The notes below the pieces were generated by a model, which did no database searches, was not told the origin of the DNA, and saw only the letters and a list, made by a program, of their open reading frames with translations. DNA of 64,000 nt from assembly GCA_964579515.1 (NCBI GenBank), contig CAZOHA010000002.1:145096-209095 (forward strand), read 5' to 3'. The stretch is from an uncultured Bacteroides sp. GTDB lineage: Bacteria > Bacteroidota > Bacteroidia > Bacteroidales > GCA-2748055. Positions 10,058-19,351 of the stretch are shown here, piece by piece; position 1 is the first letter of the stretch; the number at the start of each line of letters is the position of its first letter. The position numbers and the translations under genes were made by a program.

Positions 10058-10678
10058 ATGATTGACCCATCGGTTTCTCAGCACATCCGTCAACGGTTGA
10101 TGTTGAACTTTCACCGGGACGGCCTTATCGATATCCTCGGGGGAATGATCGTGATCACCTTCGGGACAGTGCCTCTTCTGGATGAGACAGGAATGCACCC
10201 GTGGATCAGGCAAATGATCCTGTTTATAATGTTCGGCCTGGAGGCGGGCCTCTTTATTTTGCTTAAGCGGGCAATTACCCAACCCAGGGCTGGAAGAATC
10301 AGGCTTTTAAGGAATGAGGCCAGAAAAATCTGGATCTCTCTTCTGGTTTTGAATCTGGTCCTGCTGGCTTTTTTTCTGGCCGGTTCCCTGACCGATCTTC
10401 CACTTCTAGATTTTGCTGCCGAATATCAGTTGTCGGTATCACTGGGATTAATCTTTCTGGGCATGTTCACCATGGTTGCAGTGATCCTTCGTGTGAACCG
10501 CTTTTACCTCTACGGGATTCTGGTTACTATCCTGTTTCTCTGGATGGAGCATCTTTTTCTCCTGGGAAATCTTAACCATCACGGAATCCCGGCTGCATGC
10601 CTGTTATCGGGCGGAGCAATGGTTGCCACAGGAGGCCTTCTGCTGGCAAGGTTTATAAGAATACATAGAGATAGATAA
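10058..10678 (+). CDS. hypothetical polytopic membrane protein
   Basis: The ORF 10019..10678 was trimmed to the ATG at 10058. It has about six hydrophobic helices and no recognisable motif. Its stop lies 2 nt from the start of the downstream regulator. Confidence 0.5.
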   Translation: MIDPSVSQHIRQRLMLNFHRDGLIDILGGMIVITFGTVPLLDETGMHPWIRQMILFIMFGLEAGLFILLKRAITQPRAGRIRLLRNEARKIWISLLVLNLVLLAFFLAGSLTDLPLLDFAAEYQLSVSLGLIFLGMFTMVAVILRVNRFYLYGILVTILFLWMEHLFLLGNLNHHGIPAACLLSGGAMVATGGLLLARFIRIHRDR

Positions 10679-10680
10679 CG

Positions 10681-11010
10681 GTGAATCTAGTCAGTCTACC
10701 CAGCAGGTTCAACGAACAGATCGACCGGATCATTCATGAGCCTTCGCGCTTATTCCTGATGGTATACCTGTATTCTGTGGAAAGCGCCGATTTTACTTTC
10801 CTGAAAACGGAAACAGGCATGACCCAGGGCAATCTATCCTCGCATCTACAGAAACTGGAATCGGCCGGATATGTGGAGATCGACAAACAATTCAGGAGAA
10901 AGCGTCCTCTGACCATGGTCCGGCTGACAGATAGGGGGAGGAGTGCATTTGCAGAATATATCCGGCGCATGCATCTCTTCTTTTCCGACATGTACCAATG
11001 GGTTGAATGA
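10681..11010 (+). CDS. winged-helix transcriptional regulator (HTH_34/ArsR-like)
   Basis: 109 aa with a GTG start. IHEPSRLFLMVYLY...TGMTQGNLSSHLQKLESAGYVEIDKQF..RPLTMVRLTDRGR forms a winged-helix pattern. Confidence 0.65.
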   Translation: MNLVSLPSRFNEQIDRIIHEPSRLFLMVYLYSVESADFTFLKTETGMTQGNLSSHLQKLESAGYVEIDKQFRRKRPLTMVRLTDRGRSAFAEYIRRMHLFFSDMYQWVE

Positions 11011-11061
11011 TCCTCTCCACTTTCTGCTATATTTGTGATTCATTCCGCAAAAGGCAGAAGC

Positions 11062-13995
11062 ATGAATCATATCGAAACCCTCCAGGCAAGGGTGGATGGA
11101 CAGGTCCATACCGATTCCCTCCGCAGGATCATGTATGCCACCGACGCCTCCGATTACAGGGAGGTCCCGGAGGCAGTGGTCTACCCCACGGGGGAACAGG
11201 ATATCAGGGAGTTGATCCGTTATGCCCGGGAGCACCGGGTAACTCTTATTCCCCGCGCGGCGGGAACCTCCCTGGCAGGACAGGTGGTGGGCAACGGCAT
11301 CGTGGTGGATATCTCCCGCCATATGAACAACATTCTGGAGATCAATGAAAAAGAACGCTGGGTAAGGGTTCAGCCTGGAATCATACTGGATGAACTGAAT
11401 CTTCAGATCAGGCATACCGGCCTTTTCTTCCCTCCGGAAACCTCCACCTCCAACAGGAGCATGATCGGAGGAATGATCGGAAATAACAGTTGTGGTCTCC
11501 ATTCACTTATCTACGGCGATACCCGCAGACACACCCTTTCGATCCGGGCGGTGCTGGGCGATGGATCGGTGGCCGAATTCGGTCCGTTGAATGACGCTGA
11601 TTTTAAAAAGAAACTTGAAATAGAGGGACTTGAAGGTCAGATTTACAGAGAGATAAATGAGATTCTTTCGAGTCCTGAGAACCAGAAGGAGATCCTGAAG
11701 GAGTATCCCGACCCCGGGGTTGTTCGTAGAAATACAGGGTATGCCCTGGATGAAATGCTTCAAAGTCCCCCGTTCCTCGGCGAGACCTCCGGGTATCCCG
11801 ATTTCAACCTCTGCCGGATGCTGGCCGGATCGGAGGGCACGCTGGTTTTCATGACCGAAGCACGCCTGAATCTGATCCCCTTGCCGCCTTCACATAAAGC
11901 GCTGGTTCCGGTCCATTTTCCTTCGGTCACAGAGGCCATCCGGGGAAACCTTGTGGCGCTTTCCCATTCTCCTTCGGCGGTGGAACTCATGGATAAGACC
12001 ATTCTCGACTGTACCCGCGACAATATTACCCAGCAGAAGAACCGTTTTTTTCTGCAAGGGGATCCCGGAGCCATTCTGATGGTGGAATTCACAGGCGACT
12101 CCGATGAATCGGTTACAGAGCGGATCGCCGCCATGGAGAAAGAAATGAAGGCATCGGGCCTGGGTACCCATTTTCCTGTGGTGAAGGGAAAAGATATCAC
12201 CAGGGTCTGGGCGCTCCGCAAGGCAGGGCTGGGAGTGTTGTCCAACCTTCCGGGTGAAGGCCGTCCGGTGTCGGTGATAGAGGATACCAGTGTCCACGTG
12301 GAATCTCTGGAGGAATACATTGCAGAATTCGACCAGATACTGGATCGTTTCGGACTGGAATGCGTATACCATGCCCATATTTCGGTGGGGGAGCTGCATC
12401 TTCGGCCTATCCTGAATCTGAAGGACCCGGAGCATGTGAGGCTGTTTCATGAGATCGCGCTGGAAACGGCCAGGCTCGTGAAGAAATACCGGGGTTCTCT
12501 GAGCGGAGAACACGGTGACGGAAGGCTGCGCGGGGAATTCATAGAAATGATGGTGGGTTCTCACAACTACCAGCTTCTGAAGAGAGTAAAGGAGCTTTTT
12601 GATCCCGAGGGTATCTTTAATCAGGGTAAGATCATCGATACTCCCCCCATGAACAGTTCTCTGCGTTTCGAGCCCGGTCACCGTACACCGGAGTTCAAGA
12701 CCTACTTCAATTACAGCAGGGAGGGAGGCTTCATGAAGCTGATAGAGAAGTGCAACGGTTCGGGCGATTGCAGGAAAACCGAATTGACGGGTGGAACCAT
12801 GTGCCCCAGCTACATGGCCACCAGGGATGAATTCACCACCACCCGCGCAAGGGCCAATGTGCTCAGGGAGCTTCTGGGACGAGGGAATGTCAGCGAGCCG
12901 TTCAATCAACACGGAATCTATGAAGTACTGGACCTCTGCCTCTCCTGTAAGGCCTGCAAGTCGGAGTGTCCTTCCAACGTGGACATGGCCAAACTGAAGG
13001 CTGAATTCATGCAGCACTGGTACGAGCACCACCCTGTTCCTTTGCGGACCAGACTGATCGCACACATCACCCGGATCAACCGTCTCGGGTTGCTGCTTCC
13101 GGGAGTGTTCAACTGGACGGTGACCCAAAGGAGAGTTTCCGCAATATTGAAAAAAGCATTGGGATTTGCCGTTCAGAGAAGCATTCCCACCATCGGAAAG
13201 AGTTCACTCCGGAAATGGGCCGGCAGACATTTGCCGGCTCTTAACGCCACTTTGCCGGACGATGCTGCGGAGTTGGTCCTGTACGTGGATGAATTCACCA
13301 ACTACAACGATGTTTCCCTGGGAATCACGGCCATCAGACTCTTCAACCGTCTGGGGATCCGTGTGAAAATAGTATCCCATCCCATCAGTGCGAGAACCTT
13401 CATTTCCAAAGGCCTTTTAAAGAGATCAAAGAAGCTGGCCAGGAAGAATATCCTGAAGCTTGAAAAACATGTTTCCGGCGATTCCCCGCTGGTGGGGATC
13501 GAACCTTCGGCTATACTGGGTTTCAGGGATGAATTCCCCGATCTGGTGGGGGATGACCTCCGGCAGCGGGCACTTTCCCTTTCCGGGCATTGTTTCACTG
13601 TGGAGGAATATCTGGCCGAAGCCTTTAAGAGCGGCAGGATCGACCGGAGCCTGTTTACCAGCAAAAAGGCCGTTGTGAAGCTGCACGGGCATTGCCAGCA
13701 AAAGGCAGTAGCCAGTACGGACCCCTCCCTGGAGATCCTTTCGATACCGCAGAATTACCAGGTGGAGGAGATCCCCTCCGGTTGTTGCGGAATGGCGGGA
13801 TCATTCGGATATGAAAAGGAGCATTACGATGTCTCCATGAAGGTGGGGGAACTGGTTCTTTTCCCTGCCATCCGGAATTCCGGAGGGGAGACCATTATCG
13901 CAGCACCGGGCACCAGCTGCCGCCACCAGATCAGGGACGGAACCGGTGATCAGGCCCTGCATCCCCTGGAGGTGCTTTACCGGGCGTTGCATTAA
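11062..13995 (+). CDS. FAD-binding and (Fe-S)-binding oxidoreductase, YdiJ/GlcD-GlcF fusion type
   Basis: The ORF 11035..13995 was trimmed to MNHIETLQ. The N-terminal half is an FAD_binding_4/GlcD-like domain (IPRAAGTSLAGQ, EHGDGRLR). The centre has CxxCxxCxxxCP-type clusters (CLSCKACKSECP). The C-terminus has CCG-type Cys-rich repeats (GHCQQKA, SGCCGMAGSFGYE). Confidence 0.85.
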   Translation: MNHIETLQARVDGQVHTDSLRRIMYATDASDYREVPEAVVYPTGEQDIRELIRYAREHRVTLIPRAAGTSLAGQVVGNGIVVDISRHMNNILEINEKERWVRVQPGIILDELNLQIRHTGLFFPPETSTSNRSMIGGMIGNNSCGLHSLIYGDTRRHTLSIRAVLGDGSVAEFGPLNDADFKKKLEIEGLEGQIYREINEILSSPENQKEILKEYPDPGVVRRNTGYALDEMLQSPPFLGETSGYPDFNLCRMLAGSEGTLVFMTEARLNLIPLPPSHKALVPVHFPSVTEAIRGNLVALSHSPSAVELMDKTILDCTRDNITQQKNRFFLQGDPGAILMVEFTGDSDESVTERIAAMEKEMKASGLGTHFPVVKGKDITRVWALRKAGLGVLSNLPGEGRPVSVIEDTSVHVESLEEYIAEFDQILDRFGLECVYHAHISVGELHLRPILNLKDPEHVRLFHEIALETARLVKKYRGSLSGEHGDGRLRGEFIEMMVGSHNYQLLKRVKELFDPEGIFNQGKIIDTPPMNSSLRFEPGHRTPEFKTYFNYSREGGFMKLIEKCNGSGDCRKTELTGGTMCPSYMATRDEFTTTRARANVLRELLGRGNVSEPFNQHGIYEVLDLCLSCKACKSECPSNVDMAKLKAEFMQHWYEHHPVPLRTRLIAHITRINRLGLLLPGVFNWTVTQRRVSAILKKALGFAVQRSIPTIGKSSLRKWAGRHLPALNATLPDDAAELVLYVDEFTNYNDVSLGITAIRLFNRLGIRVKIVSHPISARTFISKGLLKRSKKLARKNILKLEKHVSGDSPLVGIEPSAILGFRDEFPDLVGDDLRQRALSLSGHCFTVEEYLAEAFKSGRIDRSLFTSKKAVVKLHGHCQQKAVASTDPSLEILSIPQNYQVEEIPSGCCGMAGSFGYEKEHYDVSMKVGELVLFPAIRNSGGETIIAAPGTSCRHQIRDGTGDQALHPLEVLYRALH

Positions 13996-14020
13996 CAGTA
14001 ATCCGAAAGCAATAGAGGTT

Positions 14021-15289
14021 ATGATCAGAAAACTACCATTATGGGCCAAGATCTTCCTGGGAATGGGACTGGGGATTCTCTGGGGACTGGTCACCGTCTG
14101 GACCGGCTGGGAGCGTTTCACCGTTAACTGGATTTCCCCCTGGGGGAACATCTTTCTGAAACTGCTGAAGCTGATCGCCGTACCCCTGATCTTTGTCTCC
14201 CTGGTGAAAGGCATTTCCAGCCTGACCGACATTACCAAACTATCGAGGATCGGCTACAAGACCATCCTGATCTACCTGGTCACCACCCTCTTTGCCACCA
14301 GTGTGGGACTCACCCTGGTGAACGTGATCAGGCCGGGGGACGTTTTCCCCGATGACAAGCAGGAGCAGTACCGGGAGAAATTCAGCGGGCAGCTGGAGCT
14401 CCGGCAGGAGTCTGCCAGAGAGCTCGAAGAGCGGACACCTCTCCGTTTTTTCGAGGAGATGATCCCGGAGAATTTTTTCCTGGCTGCGGGGGATAACTCG
14501 AAAATGCTTCAGATCATCTTCTTTGCCATACTGTTCAGTATTGCACTGGTCCTTGTTCCGGGTGAGAGGACCGGTGTGGTCAAAGCCTTTTTCGACGGGC
14601 TGAATGATGTGATCCTGAAAATCGTGGATCTGATCATGCGGTTCGCTCCCATCGGTGTGTTTGCACTGATGGCCGACCTGGTGGTGGAGTTTTCAGGCGA
14701 TGCGGACATCTTCGCCGCTCTGGGGATGTATATGATCACGGTGATTATCGGACTGTTCCTGCTGATTATCGGATTTTATCCGCTTCTGGTCAGGTTGATC
14801 AGCCGGATCGGCATCCCGGGCTTCCTGCGCGGGATCCTTCCGGCCCAGCTGGTGGCGTTCACCACCAGCTCCAGTGCCGCCACTTTGCCCGTCACCCTGA
14901 AACAGGTGACCAGAGAGCTGAAAGTATCCGACTCCATCGCCAATTTCGTTCTTCCGGTGGGAGTGACCATCAATATGGACGGCACCAGTTGTTATCAGGC
15001 GATAGCGGCGGTTTTCATTGCACAGGTGTTCGGAATCGATCTGACTGTCACCCAGCAGCTCACCATCGTGCTGACGGCGACCCTGGCATCCATCGGGTCG
15101 CCCGGAATACCCAGCGGCAGCATTGTTATGCTGATTATAGTTTTGAATTCCGTCGGTCTTCCGGTGGAGGGACTCGCTCTGATCCTGGGAGTGGACCGGC
15201 CGCTGGATATGCTCAGGACCGTGGTGAACATCACCGGTGATTCAACGGTCTCCACCATCGTCGCCCGTTCAGAGAACGAACTGGGGTAG
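14021..15289 (+). CDS. dicarboxylate/amino acid:cation symporter (DAACS/GltP family)
   Basis: The ORF was trimmed to the ATG at 14021 (MIRKLPLWAKIFLGMGLG). It carries TSSSAATLP, VGVTINMDGT and DRPLDMLRTVVNITGD motifs. Confidence 0.88.
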   Translation: MIRKLPLWAKIFLGMGLGILWGLVTVWTGWERFTVNWISPWGNIFLKLLKLIAVPLIFVSLVKGISSLTDITKLSRIGYKTILIYLVTTLFATSVGLTLVNVIRPGDVFPDDKQEQYREKFSGQLELRQESARELEERTPLRFFEEMIPENFFLAAGDNSKMLQIIFFAILFSIALVLVPGERTGVVKAFFDGLNDVILKIVDLIMRFAPIGVFALMADLVVEFSGDADIFAALGMYMITVIIGLFLLIIGFYPLLVRLISRIGIPGFLRGILPAQLVAFTTSSSAATLPVTLKQVTRELKVSDSIANFVLPVGVTINMDGTSCYQAIAAVFIAQVFGIDLTVTQQLTIVLTATLASIGSPGIPSGSIVMLIIVLNSVGLPVEGLALILGVDRPLDMLRTVVNITGDSTVSTIVARSENELG

Positions 15290-15356
15290 GGCCGACCCTT
15301 TGGAACGCCCCTGCAGGGCGTATCACTTTATACCGGATCTTTCAGGCCGAGCTCTG

Positions 15357-15408
15357 CCCCGCTCAATCCCGCTTCGTTTCCTGCTTAACCCCGCTCAACC
15401 CCGCTCAA
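15357..15408. repeat. short CCCCGCTCAA tandem/dispersed decamer
   Basis: ccccgctcaa occurs at 15357, 15389 and 15399 (the last two are adjacent), with a degenerate copy between them. It lies just downstream of the symporter stop. Confidence 0.6.
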
Positions 15409-15668
15409 CCCCGCGAGAATCGCATATTTCCGCAGACACGGATCTCTGCCCGTAAACAGGGCCTTTTTTCAGCCTCGAATCTGATCCACAATATCAGCTC
15501 ACGTGTTCAGGGAAGTAAGCGATGTGGCCAAAGGTTCTTCTTAACTGTGGGCAAGAAGGTTCAATGGAGAAAAAGGGAAGGAGGGAACGGTAACCCTGAA
15601 TGTAATCTCCCTGATTGATAGAAGAAACTGGATGATGTAGTTGACAAATCACTACAAAAAAACGCCGG

Positions 15669-15681
15669 TACAAATGTAAAC
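15669..15681 (+). promoter_or_regulatory. TACAAATGTAAAC motif, copy 1
   Basis: An exact 13-mer, repeated identically 70 nt downstream. Confidence 0.5.
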
Positions 15682-15728
15682 AGACTGAAAAGGGGAAAGA
15701 AATAACTTTTGTTAAGGAATAATCAATA

Positions 15729-15751
15729 GTTTACATATTACAAATGTAAAC
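15729..15751 (+). promoter_or_regulatory. palindrome GTTTACAT-N7-ATGTAAAC containing TACAAATGTAAAC copy 2
   Basis: gtttacatattacaaatgtaaac. The right half is the exact 13-mer (15739..15751) and the left half is its inverted core. Confidence 0.5.
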
Positions 15752-16111
15752 AAAATAGCGATCAGTGACATATTCACACATTTCTTCCAATATTTACTAA
15801 TAACCAGTGGTTTATATCATTTATCCATAATTTACTTCAACGATGTCAGCTTCTATTACCACAAAATAGAGTTACAAAATGTAAAAATGTAAATTTATAT
15901 AATTATATATCAGTCTATTATAAATATTATACAAATTATTACTTGAATATATTTTGAAGGTGTATTTCGCGCGTAAATGTCTCTTTATGGATTCTATATT
16001 TATCTGTAAATATTGGTATTACAATGATATAGAATGGGTATCCATGAAAAATAATACTTAAAACCTGATAAATCCCGAAACACATGTGGATCCTTGCCTA
16101 AACTGAGTAAT

Positions 16112-16170
16112 TCACAAATGTATAACAAGTTATATCACAAAAGTGAACACATAATTAGTTACATTTGTGA
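16112..16170 (+). promoter_or_regulatory. inverted pair TCACAAATGTATAAC ... GTTACATTTGTGA abutting the HTH gene start (candidate operator plus -7 box)
   Basis: The motif sits at 16112..16126 and its reverse complement at 16158..16170. The latter contains TAcaTTTG (16160..16167), which matches the Bacteroidota -7 consensus TAnnTTTG. It lies only 7-14 nt before the ATG at 16174. Confidence 0.4.
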
Positions 16171-16173
16171 TTG

Positions 16174-16710
16174 ATGAAAGAGCGGCTTACACAACTGCTG
16201 GATCAGGAGCAACTGACACCGTCGAGGTTTGCAGATTTGATCGGCGTACAGAGAAGCAGTGTTTCGCATGTTCTCTCGGGCAGGAATAATCCCAGCTACG
16301 ATTTCCTTCAGAAGACGCTGAAGACATTCCCTGGACTCAACGCTCAGTGGCTGATGCTGGGTAAAGGCTCTATGTATGAGGAGTCCTTCCAGGAATCTGC
16401 ATCTGCTGCTGTTTCCGCTTCAGCGGGACAGATGGGCACACTTTTCCCTGCTGATGAAGTGATCGGGGAAAAAGCCCGGTCCGGAAGAGAAGAAGAGGAG
16501 AGAGCCCGGTACCAAAGGGCGGAAAAGGAAAAGGAAAGATTTCCTGCAGCCAGCGATATAACGGCGGATAAGGGTCTCCCCGAAGACCCGGATAGCGCTG
16601 AAGAGAAGGGATCCGCCTCTACTGACGCTCATTCAACGGAAAGAAGATTGGTCAGGGTGCTACTTTTTTACGATGATCATACCGTCTCCTCCTACACCCC
16701 TTCCGATTAG
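16174..16710 (+). CDS. XRE-family helix-turn-helix DNA-binding protein
   Basis: LTPSRFADLIGVQRSSVSHVLSGRNNPSYDFLQKTLKTFPGLNAQWLMLGKG is the HTH_3-like N-domain. It is followed by a charged low-complexity linker and a short C-terminal beta-like tail (RRLVRVLLFYDDHTVSSY). Confidence 0.7.
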   Translation: MKERLTQLLDQEQLTPSRFADLIGVQRSSVSHVLSGRNNPSYDFLQKTLKTFPGLNAQWLMLGKGSMYEESFQESASAAVSASAGQMGTLFPADEVIGEKARSGREEEERARYQRAEKEKERFPAASDITADKGLPEDPDSAEEKGSASTDAHSTERRLVRVLLFYDDHTVSSYTPSD

Positions 16711-16742
16711 AATTCTGTGTATATTTGCCCCCAAAACTGGGA

Positions 16743-17786
16743 ATGTACAGGTTTCTGATCCGTCCGGTACTTTTTCTTTTTCCTCCCGAGACCATCCACA
16801 ATCTGCTGGTGGGCTTTCTTCGCGGATTTTTCCGCATTCCCGGCACCCATCGGCTGATCCGTTCCATCTACCATGTGAAATCCTCCCGGCTGGAAACCAG
16901 GTTCCTGGGCATGACCTTCAGTAACCCCGTTGGATTGGCAGCCGGATTTGACAAGAATGCCGAAGTATTCAGGGAATTCCATGCATTCGGTTTCTCATTC
17001 GTCGAAATCGGAACGGTCACTCCGCTTGGACAGCCGGGCAATCCGAAACCCAGAAGCTTCAGGATCCCGGAAGATAAGGGTCTGATCAACCGGATGGGTT
17101 TCAATAACAGAGGTGCCCGGGCTGCTGCCGGTAAATTAGCCGGCAGGAGGCCTTCAGGGCTCATTGTGGGCGGAAACATCGGGAAGAATACCCAAACCCC
17201 CAATGAGAAGGCTCCGGATGATTATGAGGCTGTTTTCAGGACTCTGTACGATCACGTCGATTTTTTTGTGGTCAATGTCAGTTGTCCCAACATTACCGAC
17301 ATGGAGAAGCTGCAGGATCAGGAATCACTGGAAAAGATCCTCAGCCGGATCCAGGATGTCCGCAAAACGAAGCCGGAACGAAAACCGGTTCTTTTGAAGA
17401 TCTCCCCGGACCTGAATGACATGCAGCTGGAACAGACCCTTCAGATCATCACCAGCATGGACCTGGACGGTATCGTGGCCACCAATACCACTATTAAAAG
17501 GGATGGACTCAACACCCCCGAAAGTGAGATTGCACGTATCGGAAGGGGAGGAATGAGCGGTTCCCCCATCACAGAACGAAGCCTGCAGGTGGTACGCTAT
17601 ATCCACCGTTCCACCGAAGGCAGGATGCCGATCATAGCTGTGGGCGGGATCATGTCGGTCGGCGATGCAGTGCGGATGCTGGATGCCGGAGCAACACTGA
17701 TCCAGCTATACACCGGATTCATCTACGAAGGACCGGGCCTGGTAAAGCGCATTCAGAAGGAGCTGGTGCGGCGCAAAACTCAGTAA
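16743..17786 (+). CDS. pyrD: dihydroorotate dehydrogenase (quinone), class 2
   Basis: The ORF was trimmed to the ATG at 16743 (MYRFLIRPVLF). It carries GLAAGFDKNAE, EIGTVTP, NRMGFNN, NVSCPN, TNTT, GGMSG and IAVGGI motifs. Confidence 0.9.
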   Translation: MYRFLIRPVLFLFPPETIHNLLVGFLRGFFRIPGTHRLIRSIYHVKSSRLETRFLGMTFSNPVGLAAGFDKNAEVFREFHAFGFSFVEIGTVTPLGQPGNPKPRSFRIPEDKGLINRMGFNNRGARAAAGKLAGRRPSGLIVGGNIGKNTQTPNEKAPDDYEAVFRTLYDHVDFFVVNVSCPNITDMEKLQDQESLEKILSRIQDVRKTKPERKPVLLKISPDLNDMQLEQTLQIITSMDLDGIVATNTTIKRDGLNTPESEIARIGRGGMSGSPITERSLQVVRYIHRSTEGRMPIIAVGGIMSVGDAVRMLDAGATLIQLYTGFIYEGPGLVKRIQKELVRRKTQ

Positions 17787-19231
17787 AGTATACGCGGATT
17801 CTCTTCACCCGGCCACGGGATGGTGAGCTCCGGCAGCAGTTTCCGTTCCTCCGGAAGAGCCCTGAACGGAACCGCTCTTACCCCGGCGCTTTTTCTGGCT
17901 TGTGACACCCCTGAAATATCTTCCAGTGCTTTGGAAAGCAAGGGATCGTTCAGACTTCCGAAGGGGCTTGCTGACAACAAGTTATCCTCAACCTCATAAT
18001 CGGGGGTTATCCCCTCCACAAAATCGGTGTAGCCGAGGGCGTTGGCATATTTCAGCACGATGGGCTGCATGGCCCAGTTGTGCCGCTTGGGATCTTCCCA
18101 GTCGTCGATGGTCACCGATCCGTAACATTTTCCGTAGGTGGCGGTTCCGATCTGGATCACCTCCATGTAGGGGTAGAGACCCACCATGAGTGACTCGCTG
18201 GCCGAGGCCGTACCGTCGGTGGTGAGGAAATAGACCCTGGAAAGATCCAGGTTCACCTGCGGTTCAGGCAGACTGATCACCAGCTGGCTCGATTCGTCAC
18301 CGTCGGGCTCTCCGTCATTGTCCAGGTCCGCCTGCTTCCAGTAGTTGTTGTATGCCTGGTTCCATAGGAGCCTGATGTACAAATCGTTGCTCTGAGAAGC
18401 AGTGGAGGGGGCCAGGGTACTGGCGATATGGGCTGAAAGATCCAGATTCCCGCCGCCGTTGTACCGAAGGTCAACAATCACTTCGTTCACCCCGGCGGTG
18501 CTGAACTCTTCAAAAAGATCATTCACCGCATCGGACCATTGGTTATCCTGACCTTTCGTAAACTGCGTGTAGACAAAATATCCCACCTTTGAACCTTCAT
18601 AATCAATCACTTCGCTGTACACTATCGGATTCTGGTTCAGTTCGATGGCGGTCAGTGTGACCTCCTCGCCGGTGGCGACCACCTCACTTCCGTTCCACCG
18701 GCCGAACTGGTAGGTGGCGGTGGTCTGGTAATAGAGGTCAAAGTAGTTCTCCCCGTTGAGCGAGGTATCGTCGATGGAAATTATGATATCACCGCGTTCC
18801 ACCCCTGCTTCTGCCGCAGGAGAACCGGGCGTGACGTATTCAATAATGCTGATCACATCTGTGTCGTTGATATATCCCGGCCTTGCAGACATCCCGGTTG
18901 TCATCTGCACTCCCTGGAACATTTCGATCAGGGCATCGTAATCATCCACGATCCATGAATCGCGGTCATCCTTATACAACAACTTGTAAAAGAACGATTC
19001 GGGATCAGATTCTTTATCCGGATCCAGTTCCGGAATGTACTGCTCCCATAAATACACGTCGTTCATTCCCTCCCAGATCCAGTTATTCAGGGTGAGTACC
19101 TCGGCGGGAATACCGTCTCCGTTTCCCGGATCGGGGTCCGGATCGGGGTCTGGATCTTTTGTGCAGGAGCTGAGGATGATCAGAGGCACGGAAAGCATCA
19201 TCATCCAATGGAATATTTCGGCTTTTTTCAT
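17780..19231 (-). CDS. S41 family peptidase lipoprotein with PDZ domain
   Basis: It has a lipoprotein signal (ILSSC), a (PD)4 linker, a PDZ-like segment (GSPAAEAGVERGDIIISID) and the S41 core (VIVDLRYNGGGN, TDGTASASE). Confidence 0.8.
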   Translation of the reverse strand: MKKAEIFHWMMMLSVPLIILSSCTKDPDPDPDPDPGNGDGIPAEVLTLNNWIWEGMNDVYLWEQYIPELDPDKESDPESFFYKLLYKDDRDSWIVDDYDALIEMFQGVQMTTGMSARPGYINDTDVISIIEYVTPGSPAAEAGVERGDIIISIDDTSLNGENYFDLYYQTTATYQFGRWNGSEVVATGEEVTLTAIELNQNPIVYSEVIDYEGSKVGYFVYTQFTKGQDNQWSDAVNDLFEEFSTAGVNEVIVDLRYNGGGNLDLSAHIASTLAPSTASQSNDLYIRLLWNQAYNNYWKQADLDNDGEPDGDESSQLVISLPEPQVNLDLSRVYFLTTDGTASASESLMVGLYPYMEVIQIGTATYGKCYGSVTIDDWEDPKRHNWAMQPIVLKYANALGYTDFVEGITPDYEVEDNLLSASPFGSLNDPLLSKALEDISGVSQARKSAGVRAVPFRALPEERKLLPELTIPWPGEENPRILY

Positions 19232-19351
19232 CGTTGCTTATTTAATGAGTTATCTCCAGAGGGTGTAAATTTAAACATTATGGCTCATGATAGCTATAAC
19301 GCATGAACAATCGGGATGGTTGCCCGGTTCTGTAAAAAATAACCTTTCGAA

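Noticed and set aside
11890-13128. 412-aa minus-strand ORF inside the FAD/Fe-S oxidoreductase gene
   Set aside because: It is an antisense shadow ORF of a GC-rich gene. It has no recognisable motifs, whereas the + strand frame carries clear FAD, Fe-S and CCG motifs.
15357-15408. CCCCGCTCAA decamer repeats downstream of the symporter gene
   Set aside because: There are only three short copies in a GC-rich 3' region and no associated structure or gene. This is most likely simple slippage with no evident function.
15456-16170. The AT-rich ORF-free tract considered as the chromosomal replication origin
   Set aside because: Only a few one- or two-mismatch DnaA-box-like 9-mers are present, and there is no perfect TTATCCACA. 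No dnaA or dnaN gene is nearby and gene orientation shows no evident strand switch. It is kept only as an alternative to be excluded by whole-genome GC skew.
19118-19165. ggatcggggtc-type nucleotide repeat in the S41 peptidase gene
   Set aside because: It simply encodes the (PD)4 lipoprotein linker. This is an ordinary low-complexity tether and not a separate element.
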